From contig OZ076409.1 in assembly GCA_964187785.1 (NCBI GenBank), forward strand, positions 59,584,001-59,648,000: DNA of 64,000 bases. Direction: 5' to 3'. The number at the start of each line of letters is the position of its first letter. Positions within the stretch are counted from its first letter, which is position 1. Shown piece after piece: positions 35,952 to 47,900 of this stretch. The position numbers were made by a program, and so were the translations under genes. The stretch comes from Amphiscolops sp. MND2022 (Eukaryota). Below the pieces are notes generated by a model. The model saw nothing but the letters and a program-made list of their open reading frames with translations. It was not told the DNA's origin and did not search any database.

Positions 35952-38900
35952 ATGATCTACTTTGTCGAAGGCATTCTGGAAGTCAGTATAAACATCTTCC
36001 ACGAATTTCCTTAGTTCGCACGTACATGCAATGCAATTCCTCTTTAGTTTTTCAAAGAGTAAGGTATTGAGATTTTCTCTCTCATTCTATATCGATAATA
36101 GAACGGTTGCACTAAAATACTTTGCACTTTGCTACAATAGCTCAGCTGACTAATGCAGAAAAATTAGAAGAGACTCTCGAAATTCAAAATGAAAGTTCAA
36201 CCGTGCGTGTTACAGTCTCTGGTTTGAATTTGTCATTCTGTCAAGTGAATTTTTCCTTCCGTCACTTCTGTCAAGTTTCCGTTCGAACCAAACTACTTGC
36301 GCGTTTTGTGTCGATTCATACTTCGCCGAAGTTACAAATGAACCAGTCTATTAAGCTGGAAAGGTTGACACGCTTAAGAGCACAACTCGTTTCCTTGTTT
36401 TTTATTCAGAAAAAGCAGACTATAGTAGTGATTTTTCAAGACCACCGGACTGACAGATTTTATCTCTTTCAGGTGTTTCATATTAACTTGAAACTTCTAT
36501 TAATGGGTTTAGGGATAACTTAGCGGTCGCTAGTTGGAGTCCCTGCTTCAGCCTGAAACGTTTCGGTGCACTTGCATTGAACTCTCAAAAAGCCCAAAAG
36601 GTCTTCCCTTTTTCACCATTGTCGGCATTGTGAGAATTTCGAGAATGATCATTTTTTGTTCTAAAATCAGGTTTTCTGAGCACGCTGTACCCGAATTTTG
36701 TTTTTGAAAACCGGCGTTTTTTTCATGTGACTTTTTTCTAACTTGTTTTCATCAAAGCCTCCTCAATCATTCCTAAAAACAAAACGTTTTACGAGCATAC
36801 CTGTGCAAACAAAAAAATCTGGTATCTGCTTTTTCTGTCTAAGCACCATTGTTCGGAGAAATATGTTTCAAGACTTTGGTCTGAATTGAAGTTTTCTTCT
36901 GCATTGAATGAAATTTTCTCAGACAAACATCTCTGATGAAGACCGATTGTGTACCTAATAAAATCACTGCATTAATGGCATATCTCGTGCAATTTGGTGT
37001 TAACAGTTTTATTGCTTTCTTTTTTTGGTAAAAATCGCAGTTTTCTTCCATGCCGGAAAGTTTGTTACCACTAACTGGGAATATTGTCTTTTTTGTTCTA
37101 TTGTAATGTTCCCAAAATCTTCAAATTTCGAATTAGTTTTTTCGCTGCAAACTTTTGTCTAGATTTTTCTTAACTTTTTTACATGAAATATGTGGTTATC
37201 TATGAAAATGTTCCTGCCTCTCTTATTTCTAAAAATAATTATTGGCGCTTTTGAGCCATAAACGGGTACCGATCGTGGTTTGAAGATTCACAATACACGC
37301 TTCGACAAAGCCATTTCACCCCATCTTGAAAATAAAGAAAGCAACACCATTTTTCTCCAAATGCTTTTTCATTTTCTATTGTGCTGAAACAAGGCCTCTT
37401 GTTTGTTTTTGCATGCACTTCCTGAAACCACAGAACAGCATTTAGTCATTTTTTCTAATATTTTCAAAATTGTTATTCGCGATTTTTGCAGTTTTCTCTT
37501 CCTTATCGAGTTGTTTAGAAATCCACGCTGTTTTTAATTCAATTTTTCATTATGTACGGTTTACTATTACAGAGACTCTATAATGTCCACAAAGGCAAAG
37601 ATGATTTCCAATTTACTCATAACAAGGTATTTCAGTGTTTAATTTTCGATATGTTTATGGAAGTTTTTTATCTTCCGAAGTCGAGATTCAGGGAAATTTT
37701 ACATCCTGGATGGATCTATGCAAGCTAATATTCGAAGAAAACCAGGAATTTCAGGAACTTTTGTACAACTTATGTTCATCTTGAAAAAACCTGGCGGCGT
37801 TCCACAGTACCGAAAGACTCCAACTGTGAGAGATTATCGATCTTTCCTGATAGTGTTCATTCTGAGACACTGTTCAGGAACGGTCCACGAGGTTTGAGTT
37901 CTCGCTAAGAAGTACCCAGAAAACCGTAAATTCAATTTTTGAGGACCATCATTTTGTGATAATAATGGCGTAGTTTGTGTTGTAAACTAATGACCAATTA
38001 AGCCCTGCAGATAAAAATTAACTGATTTTTCAGTTCTACAACGTTGACCACTGCCTGGAATCTCTGGATTTGGAAAAGAAAGATTCTTTTGCTTCTTCAA
38101 TTGATGAGGAAAAAATGATGCAAGCTGGAGCACACTTCGCTGACTTTCTGCAGCAGAATTCATATTTTGAGATTCTGGAAGTAAGACCATATTATACTTC
38201 ATGAGATTTGACTTAATATTACTTGTGCGGAGGATATTCAAAAAAAATTCAAGAAAGAAAAACTACAAAATCGTTTTTTAAACTGTTAAAAAATTCGGTA
38301 GTCGAAATCTGGAAGCTTAAAATTCGTCAACAAATCAAGAACACATTTCGTTGAATCAATTCAACATACCCCATAAAAATAGGGAAGAGAATTTTTTGTA
38401 ATCCCCAAATAAGAAACTTATATATTTCAATGTTTTCAGACTTTTGGAAAAGACTTCAGTACGTTGCTTCGGGAGCTGAACAACATCCACGAGCACCTGA
38501 AACACGGGTACCCCTTGATGGAACCCCCCTCTGTTACCCTCGAAAAGGAGTCATCACCCCACTCGTGGACTATAAGATACGTCACCACCCGCGCAGTCAA
38601 CACATTATCCATGCCATTCTTTCTCGTCGGAGTCCTCAAGCAGGTTCTTAGCCCCTAAAGATGGTTTGCTACTTAAACTGATGGTTGACAGCTTATTCAG
38701 TACCACACATTGTCTCTACTGCAATAGTTATTGAAACTGCGGCAGAATTTTTTTTCGAAAGATACTTTTTGAGCGAAAAAAAACATGATGTGCGACATAT
38801 TGATATAAACTTTGATAGCTTTAACACCTCAATTCCAAAAATCAATTTGAATAATTTTCGCTTTCTTCCATGAAAAATAAAAAGATACAGAAACAATTCT

Positions 38901-41900
38901 ATTTTGAGAACAAAAGCATAGATGTAGGCTACTTTTTTGACCAAGAAAGTTTCCGTCATCAAGTATGACGCCTTTGTTTTTCTGCAAAAAGTACTTGGTT
39001 TTTTTTAAAAAAACTTTTCTTGGTCCTTTTAAACCTGAGCTTCTATATTTCATGACCGAGACCAAATATGGGGCTCATGGTTTCGGTAATTTTACGAGGC
39101 CTTTGTAGGCTGCGTTTTAGGCTAAAAAATTGGCGTCGAAATTATTTCGCTCTCGATTTTTTCGAGCAACTAAAGTAATGAAAAAATTTTTCTGAATTTT
39201 TTTCTTTTTCCTCCAACTTGTAGCTGATTTCTCTCAGAACTGAAAATGGATATGAAAACCATTCTCCCTCACGGCAAGGATGTAGGCTACGTTTTGTACT
39301 ATCAAAGTTTCCGTAATGAAGCCTTCGAGTTTCTGCCAAAAAAAAACATTTTTCATTTTTCTCAAAAAAAATTTATTCATCTTTAATTCTTTAATCAAAA
39401 TATCCTGATCTGAAACTATATAAATTCAGATATCGATAGATACCTGAAACCAGATATTTGTTTTTATCGAAACCCTCTCTCAATTTTTACTAAAAATGTT
39501 TTGCGAGCTTAGAGGATTCCTTAGGGTGGTTGGAACTATGCGACTTACTGGAGACTTTATAAAAAAGTTTTCGAAAAAAATGTCGGAAAATTTGTATCCT
39601 CATTTTTTGAGACGTTTTGTTGTCTCCAGTTGGGAAAAACGTGGATTTCGAGTATTGAGGTAAAGGGCACTGTACAACTGATGAAATTTTAACAAAAGAG
39701 TACTTTTGCATATGTCAAGAATTTTCTTTTTTGTACCTTGAGCGGGACGCCGACTCGGGCCGTTCCCAGCTTGTTTAGGTTTTCATGCAATTATTGTACA
39801 GTTTGCAATTTTGTTTGTGGGTTATAATGTCCAGAAGATATCCATGAATGAGGAACCAGCCATACAGAATGCTTTTTCGAAGAGAGATCCAAATATTCGG
39901 GTAGAAAACTAGCCTCAAAAAGACCTCGAAAACCATCTAAAGTTTCCCATTTGCTGACCTTTTTGAGGCGCTTTTCAAACAGATTTGGGACGTTTCGAAA
40001 GACTAGAATATCCAAAGAGCTCAGCAACAAACAAACTAGCTATCCTGTACGCTGTTGACAAAAAAAGCTCTGGAATGACATGAAATCAAAAACAAATACT
40101 TACGTCTGCTAACCTTTATGACGGATATTTAGTTCTATTTGCGAACGTTTTCAAGCATTAGTGGTTTGAGTAAAGCAACTTGAATGAAGAGTGGAATTGA
40201 GAAAGATTGAACAAACTAGAAAAATGGTAGAAATAGAAGTCAATGAAAGTTTGAGTTTCAGAGTATGAAGTTTTGGAGTTTTTTACTGTCAACATACACC
40301 GGCCCCCTTGAACGGGTTCAACAGCTTGGTGGAGGTCCTGCAAACATACAGGGTACAAAGTAGCATTTGTATGAATTAGTGAAAAAAAGGCATTTTTTTG
40401 AAAAAAGAATTTATACTAAGCTTTGGTTGAGTTGAATAGTTGACACGACGGGTATCCATACCAAGTTCCAATTAAAGAGCAGTAGAGACAAAACAAGACC
40501 CAGTACCCATAATATAACACAAATACGAAATAAACAAAAGCAAATGGCGTAACAAAGAAGGACAGAACTGGGTGTAAACGTTTTTGGAAGAACCAAGAAA
40601 CAAGCTCATTTAAATAATGAAACATGTTTTACAGGGAATTCATACAATTACTTTGTTTGACGAAAATCTGTTGATGATGTTGAATGGTTTGGTTGCGATA
40701 ATGAGGTAAATGAAAACTGTATGTAGGATTGTTATCTTTATCGTTAGTTTTTATCTTCGGGTCTTTGTTGTTAACTTTGATACTGATCCAATGCTGCAAG
40801 TTTTTTTTTGATGACTTTGTTACTTGTTGATTTCTTGATTGTTTCCATGGGATACTTCTGCCGGAAGGAAGAATGATAGCCGATGGACTGGCCGCACGTA
40901 TGATCCTCTTCGGGTCCGGATCTCAACAACGCGGGCGACTTGGTCATTTCCATCAAAAACTTTGATGACTTTAGCCATCGGCCACATCATTGGTGACGTG
41001 TTGTCGTCCTTCAAGAAAACGATGTCTCCAATTTGTAGGTTTTCTTGTTCCGCTCTCCACTTAGTTCGCTGTTGAAGAGTTGTGAGATATTCTAAGGACC
41101 ATCGGTTCCAGAAGAAAATCATTGCTTGCTGGCGTTGTTGGAATCTTCTGATGAGTGTGAGGTCTGCTTTGTCGGGTGGATCAGAATCTGGAACTGTTAG
41201 CAGTGGTCGTCCATTTAGGTCGTGTGCAGGTGTTAGTGTTTGAAAGTCGTTTGGGTCATTGGATGGTGAAGTTAATTAATAAGAATTCATAATGGCTTCG
41301 ATTTGTGTCAGTAATGTCGTCAATTCTTCTACAGGTAGAGTTGTCTTGCCTGTGGTTTTCGGAAAGTGTCGTTTGAAAGATTTAACGGCTGTTCCTAAAG
41401 ACCACCGAACTGGGGTGAACGTGGTGGGATTGTGAGCCATTGGATCTTGTGATAGGCAGTGAAGGGTTCAAGGGACTCGGTAAATTTTTGTTCTGCTAAC
41501 ATCCGTTGTATTTCGAGTTCAGCATGTGTTCCTGTAAAGATGCGAGAATTGTCACTGTAGATGGCACTTGGTAGTCCGCGGCGAGAGAAAAAACGTTGTA
41601 GGGTAGAAATGCAGGCTTCTTTGGTGAGTGAGTTGACAGGTTCTAGATGAACTGTTTTCGTTGAGAAACAGATGAAAATTGCGACGTAGGTCTTTACTGT
41701 TTTTGTTGTGATTGGGCCGCAATAGTCTAGCCCGGTGTGGCTAAAAGATGTTGAAGGAGAAATACGTTCTTGCGGTAAGTCTCACATTTGAGGTTGACGT
41801 TGACGGCTGTTGAAGCGAGCGCATTGGGGACATTTCCGAATGATGGATTGGATAAGGCGAGTCACGTTCGGTATCCAAACTGTTTGTCGTAGAGTTGACA

Positions 41901-44900
41901 ATGTTAATTGCCAACCTCCGTGAAGGCATTGTAGGTGTGTTTCGCGGATTAGAGGTGCGTTGATAATCGATCGTCGGGGTACAATGATTGGGAATTTGAA
42001 ATCCATATGATACCTGTTGCTGTTGGCGAGACGTCCACCAACTCGAAGGATTTGTTTCTCTTCGTCAAAAAAGGGAGCAAGTACCTTAAGTGCGCTTTTG
42101 CGGGGCAACTTTTTGTTTTGTTTGAGGACTTCAAACTCTGTGAGGTGCTGTTTTTGAAATGTTCGGAAAATTAGTAGTCTTGCTTTTTCAATTTTGACGG
42201 CGGAAAGGGTGGCTGTCCCTTGCATGTTGTGTAATGCGTGTGTTTTTCTTCTTTCTTCTGTCGGTTTCTTGTTTTGTTTCACATTTGAAACAAACCTGAG
42301 GACAAAACCGAAAACATGACGAGCTTCTTGAAACTCGAGAATTTGTTGGCTGCAACAAGTATCGCATTGTCGGCATCAGTGTAATCTCTGGAGGTGCGAT
42401 TCGAGTGGTGTGATTGTGTTGAGTTCTCCGGATGTGTCTGTGGTTCTACTTCTTCTTGTTCTTCTTCTTCTTCATTGTCGTCTTCTTTTTCTTCTTGATC
42501 GTCTGCTTGTTCTTTCGGTTCTTCTTCTTCTGGTTCTTTTTCTGTTGCTGCTGTTTCTTCTTTGTTGTGGTTCAGGATTGCTTGTTTACGGACTGGCAGG
42601 TAAACAAGGCTTGGTTGTTTCTGGGTTGTATCGTCGTGAGTGTTAATACTCACAAGTTTTCTGTAGTCAAGCTGAACAGAGTTGTTCAACATTTTAGCTT
42701 CTTTTAGATTTCTTCTGGCAAAGCAATGTCGATTTGAGGCCACGCTGAAGCTGGCATGCGCAGCCACTCAGGTCCTTGCCACCACAGATGGTGACTTTGA
42801 AGTTTTCGAGGCGACATTCCTCTGCTGGCACAGTTGGCTGGATTGGATTCAGTGGGAACATGTTTCCAGTTTTCTGCCGGGACTGACTTTTGAATCTTCG
42901 CCACGCGATTAGCAACGAAGGTTTTCCAACGACTCGAATGACCTTTTGTCCAAGCCAGTGTGATTGTAGAATCAGTCCAAGCAAAAACTTCGAGGTCGGG
43001 AAATCGTTCGTCATCCAAGGCAATTCTGATCGATTGAACAAGTTGCGCTCCCAAAAGAGCTGCACAGAGCTCTAATCGAGGAACACAAAGTGTTTTGATT
43101 GGTGCCACTCGTGTTTTAGCTACGAGAAGCTGGCTCGAAAGTGTCCTTGGCTGACGGGTTGGCGAATGAAAACAACTGCGGCGTAAGCAGTTGTAGAGGC
43201 GTCACAAAAGCAATGGAGTTGAAGTGGGTTTTTGAAAGGTTCTTTCTTATCGAGAATGAATCTCGGGGTGTCGATATCTCCGATTGACTTGAGATCGCGA
43301 CTGAGATATTTGTATTGTTGTGAGAGGTTGTGATTCAATGGTCGATCCCAAGACAAATTATCCAACCAAAGTGCTTGAATGATCGACTTCAATTGGATGA
43401 CAATTGGTGAAAGGAGACCCAACGGGTCAAAGATGCGGGTGACTTCGGAGAGTATTTGTCGTTTCGTTTGTGGGGCTTTATCGGCCGGTTTCACGTTGAA
43501 GGTGAAGATGTCTTGCTTCGGTTTCCAGACGACACCAAGAGTTTTGATGAAATACTTTTACGGGGTATGGCGTTTTCTTTGAAAGGTAATTTGACAATAA
43601 ATAGTCCATCTTCATTCCGGGTTGTGGTTAGTTGAAAGTGATGTTCGCATGCTTGTTCTTCTTTAGTGAAGTGATGGCTTTGAGGAAGATCTTCAATCTC
43701 CCGAAACTTCTCGAGGGTTTCTTCTTCGGGAATCGAACTCAATGAGCTAAGGCAGGTTGTGAAGGTTTCAATTGACACTGAAGGCGAGCCTCCAATGACA
43801 ACCCACCCAAACGACGAATCACGGTTTGTTACATTGTGGTTTTCCTTGATCCGTGCATCCAACATGATGGTTTCATAAAGTTCAGCTCCAATGAGCATGT
43901 CGATTCTAGAAGGTGTGTTGAATGTCGGATCGGCGAGCTTGAGGTTTGGAAGATGTTTGAAAGACGAAGTGGAAACCTTGCATGAAGGCAAGTTGTTGGT
44001 GAGCTTTGACATTACAAAGGCTCTCACTGGAATAGCTGCTGCTCTTCTCGGGGGTGATAAGGAAGTCTGTGGTTCCGCGATGTTGTAGCTCATCCTTGGA
44101 GCCCAGACCAAAGATGCGCACTTGTTGTTTTTTCACTGGAAGACCTAGTCGTATGACTAGATTCTCAGTGATGAGGTTACTTTGGGAACCTGAATCGAGA
44201 AGTGCTCGGCAAAGTGTGGTTTCACCGTTTACTAAGATGGGTATCATGGCTGTTTGCAAGAAGACTGTTCCGGTTGTTTGAGGAGAAAGCGAAGTAGCTG
44301 TGAACTGTTCTGGTGGCGGTGATTCCGTATTAGTTGTTTTTTCTGATTAATTGTGCCGATTGCTATCCGCAACTGTACTGTTGACAGAACGTTTTGTCGT
44401 GGTGATTGTAGATGAAGTAGAGTGTGGTGCTTCAGCTTGCAATTTTTACAGGTCGATCCTGTGCATTCTTGTTGTCGGTGACCTGCTCGCAAGCAGTTGA
44501 AGCAAAGTTTCTTCATTTTCACGAATTCAGCTCGATTTGGGACTGAAAGTTGCTTGAATTTTGGGCAGAGATGTAATTTGTGAGTGCCATTGCAACACTC
44601 GCAATTGATTTCGTTAGTCGTCGTATTGGTATTGTAATTCCGTTGTGAGGAGTGCGATTGTTGGTTGTTGTTTTGACGAGTTCTAAAGCGATGCTGTGAT
44701 GAAATAGTTGGCGCTGAGAGTGTTGATGCTTCTGAAGCCAAGCATCGAGTTTCCAGGAATTTTTTCAAGTCGTTGTAAGTTTGAGGATCCGTTCCAGGCC
44801 TTGAGAGCTCCCAAAACTTCCTCGTGTCAGCAGGGAGTTTTTCGGTGACGAGGTATACAAGAAAGATATCTTGCTGGTCGACTGGTTGACCTTTGTTCTC

Positions 44901-47900
44901 CAGGGCCAATCGATGTTCTTCCACGGTTTCTACAAGTTGACGAAGATCTTTAGCGGTTTCGTTGGTAAGTTGCTTCTGTGTAGATATGGCATGTACATGG
45001 GCGAGCAAGATCATGCGATTGTTTTGGTAGCGGTCTCGCAACATCTTCATGGCGACAGGGTAATTAGCGTCAGTGATTGTTACCGATGCTAGAAGCTTTG
45101 CTGCATCGCCTTCCAAAGATGCTTTGAGATATTGTAGCTTCTGGCTGTTCTGCAGGGTGCCGTTGTTGTGAACTGCTCCAGTGAACAAGTCGAAGAATGA
45201 GGTCCACGAGAGATAATCTCCTGAAAAAGTTGGCAGATCCAATTTTGGCAACTTCGCTGTAAATAATGGGGGTGTGCTTCTTGTAATTGTTGATGATGTT
45301 GATGTTGTTCCACGTACAGCTGGTGTGATGCTTTTGATGAATCGGTCTATCTGGTCTAGCTGTTGAACTAGTTTGACGTCAAACTTTTCAGATTGCAGGA
45401 TGTCGGTTTCCAAGATTTCTTCGTTGTCGAATTTTGCTTGAATTTGTAGATTGAGGTCGTTTAGGAAGGTTTGTTTCCTTGAGAGATTTTTGTGTAGTTG
45501 TTCGAGCCGGATAACTGCATCGGCAATGCTACTAACAGAGCGCGATGGCAGAATTAGGGATTCTGCTTCTGTCCAGTATTTAGTGGCAACCGACTTGTGA
45601 GAAGCACGGCTTTTCTTTTGCATTTCAATCTCTGTCATTTTGGCTTTTGATCACGTAGTTTTTTTTGTTGCTGTTTCGTAGCTCTTTTCCTTACTTGGCT
45701 TAACTTTACTTGACGTTACTTTGAACTTTGAGCTGGTATTCACTTTGAATACTTTGCGAGAATCTTGATATCTTTGAAGAGTGGTGATTATTGCTTTAAA
45801 TAACTTTTGAACTTGCTGTTCCAAGTTTCGAAGACTGACGAAGACTGAATCGAATTACCTTTAATTGGTCTTTACAAGCTTTGAATCTTTGATACTGATG
45901 AAGACTGCTTTGAGTCACTTTGAATTTGTCTTTACAAACTTTGAATCTTTGAAAATTGACGAAGATTGCTTTGAGTTACTTTGAATTTGTCTTTATGAAC
46001 TTTGAATCTTTGAAAATTGACGAAGATTGCTTTGAGTTACTTTGAGGTTCCCTTTAAAATCTTTGGATACTTCAATTTTTCAAACTTTGGATGCTTGGGA
46101 ATTTCTTGAACTTTGAAATACTTCGTATGCAGTGGAACGTATCCAGATTGACGTTATAGCTTTGAAACTTTGAATGGGGAAAAAATTTTTCCGAAAGCTT
46201 GTTTTTTTTGTTTTTTGAAAGGTTGGGGGGTTTAAATAAGCTTGTTTTGAAAGTATTTGGCAAGCTTTTTTTGTCAGTAAAGCATCGATTTTTTGTTGAA
46301 CGAAAGTTGTTTTCAATGGCCACCAAAAAATGGTTTGAGTAAAGCAACTTGAATGAAGAGTGGAATTGAGAAAGAGTGAACAAACTAGAAAAATGGTAGA
46401 AATAGAAGTCAATGAAAGTTTGAGTTTCAGAGTATGAAGTTTTGGAGTTTTTTACTGTCAACAATTAGACTTTTTCGAATAGAAGTTTGATGTTTCTGTA
46501 AAGGCAATTTCGGTACAATTTTCTAATAGTCCTTGTCTTGGGAGACCTTTTGATAATGCCATCAGCAAATCATTTTAGCAAAAAATTCTCCTATTGGCAC
46601 TGGGATGCAACTTTTGTCCAACTTCTGGATATTTTGGCGGTTATTACTACACACAGTGTTCAAAAATGACATGAGAATCCATGACGCATACTCTTTAGGT
46701 CAAGAGGTCATTTCAAAAAAGCGTCCAAATGCCGCCGGAAGTGCAAAAATCCAAATTCTTCTTTTTCAATATACTAGCAAGTTTCGTACAATTTTAAAGA
46801 ATTTTCGTAGCTTATAATATCCATAAAAATGAAGAACGAACAACAGATATCCATTACACTTTGAGAAAAAATGTTTTCACAGAAAAGGCCACCAAAATAC
46901 CCACAAAAGGCCAATTTAAACTGTGTTGGATAATTTTCGTAGTTTGTTTTTAAATTTTCAGGTACGCATGAAGATTCATCATTTGGGAAGACTCGAAAGT
47001 TGCTTCTTTAGAAATTTGAGAAATATGACGATATGGTTCAAATCACACAAAATACCCATACAATAGCCAAAAAATTTCTTTCATACTATTTTAGGTTTTC
47101 ATGCTTTTATTGTATGAATACCTCTGGAGTTTAGTAACAAATTGACTACCAATATTCGATTTGGTAAAGATTTTCGATTAGGTAAAGTTTTCTTTCAGTG
47201 GTTTGCAAAGCAAGGCTTCAAGTGAAAATAAGGGTGTAGAAGTTTTCATGCCCGAGCCGTACGTAACAAAATATCCTAGCTAATTTATTTAGGGCGGAAA
47301 ATATCCCGCTCCTTAGTGGGAGTCTTGTTTCTGTTAGAAACCGAACGGTTTTATTCTCCAGAAAGGACGCCTGAGGAAAAAACCAACGAAAAGCATGATT
47401 CAGATGTCGCTTCTGAAATGCTAAATTTGAACGATGAGATGGCATAGTTTGAATTTATTGGAACCTAGGAAAAGACAAAAGTTTTTAGAGCAATGGCAAG
47501 CTTTGAGAAGGCCAAATATATTTTTGCCTGATTTCAGCTCCGCACTTTTTATTTTTCAGGTGGCACAGAAACTTTTCAATCTGTCCCTGAATGCCGAAAT
47601 TCTGGAACAAAGTCAAACCGTGACTTCCTTAACTGCTAAAATTCATCTCTGGAATGACAAGTGCGAACTCTCAACGAATACCCCCAGCCACAAACGACTA
47701 CCTTGTAATAGGAAAGCCGATTCAGAACATTCAGCTTCACCATTGCACTCTGCGTTGGCCCCTCTGAAAGCATCCAGACTTTTTTCTCTGTTCCCGTTTC
47801 ATTTTGTGGTGAACGCCGATGCCAAATTGACCTCAATGGGGCGATGTTTGACTTCGATTATGAACTTCGAGAATTTCCGAAGAAAAATAAAAAATTCAGA

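Larger units (their letters stand above)
40162..46463 (-). mobile_element. BEL/Pao LTR retrotransposon, RT-deleted, inside the 8.9-kb intron (38644-47559) of the sGC-like gene
   Basis: 133-bp TG...CA LTRs, 5-bp TSD attag, PBS-like TTTTTTGGTGGCC, PPT CAAGGGGGCCGG. Gag with three CCHC knuckles, protease LLDSGSQ, RNase H FCDAS/PRLEL/WTDS, integrase HGG..CPQC/GLDYCGP, C-terminal FWNRWSLEYL. Confidence 0.95.

Noticed and set aside
42410..42707. Leu/Phe-rich membrane-like plus-strand ORFs
   Set aside because: Antisense of the Glu-rich BEL Pol linker.
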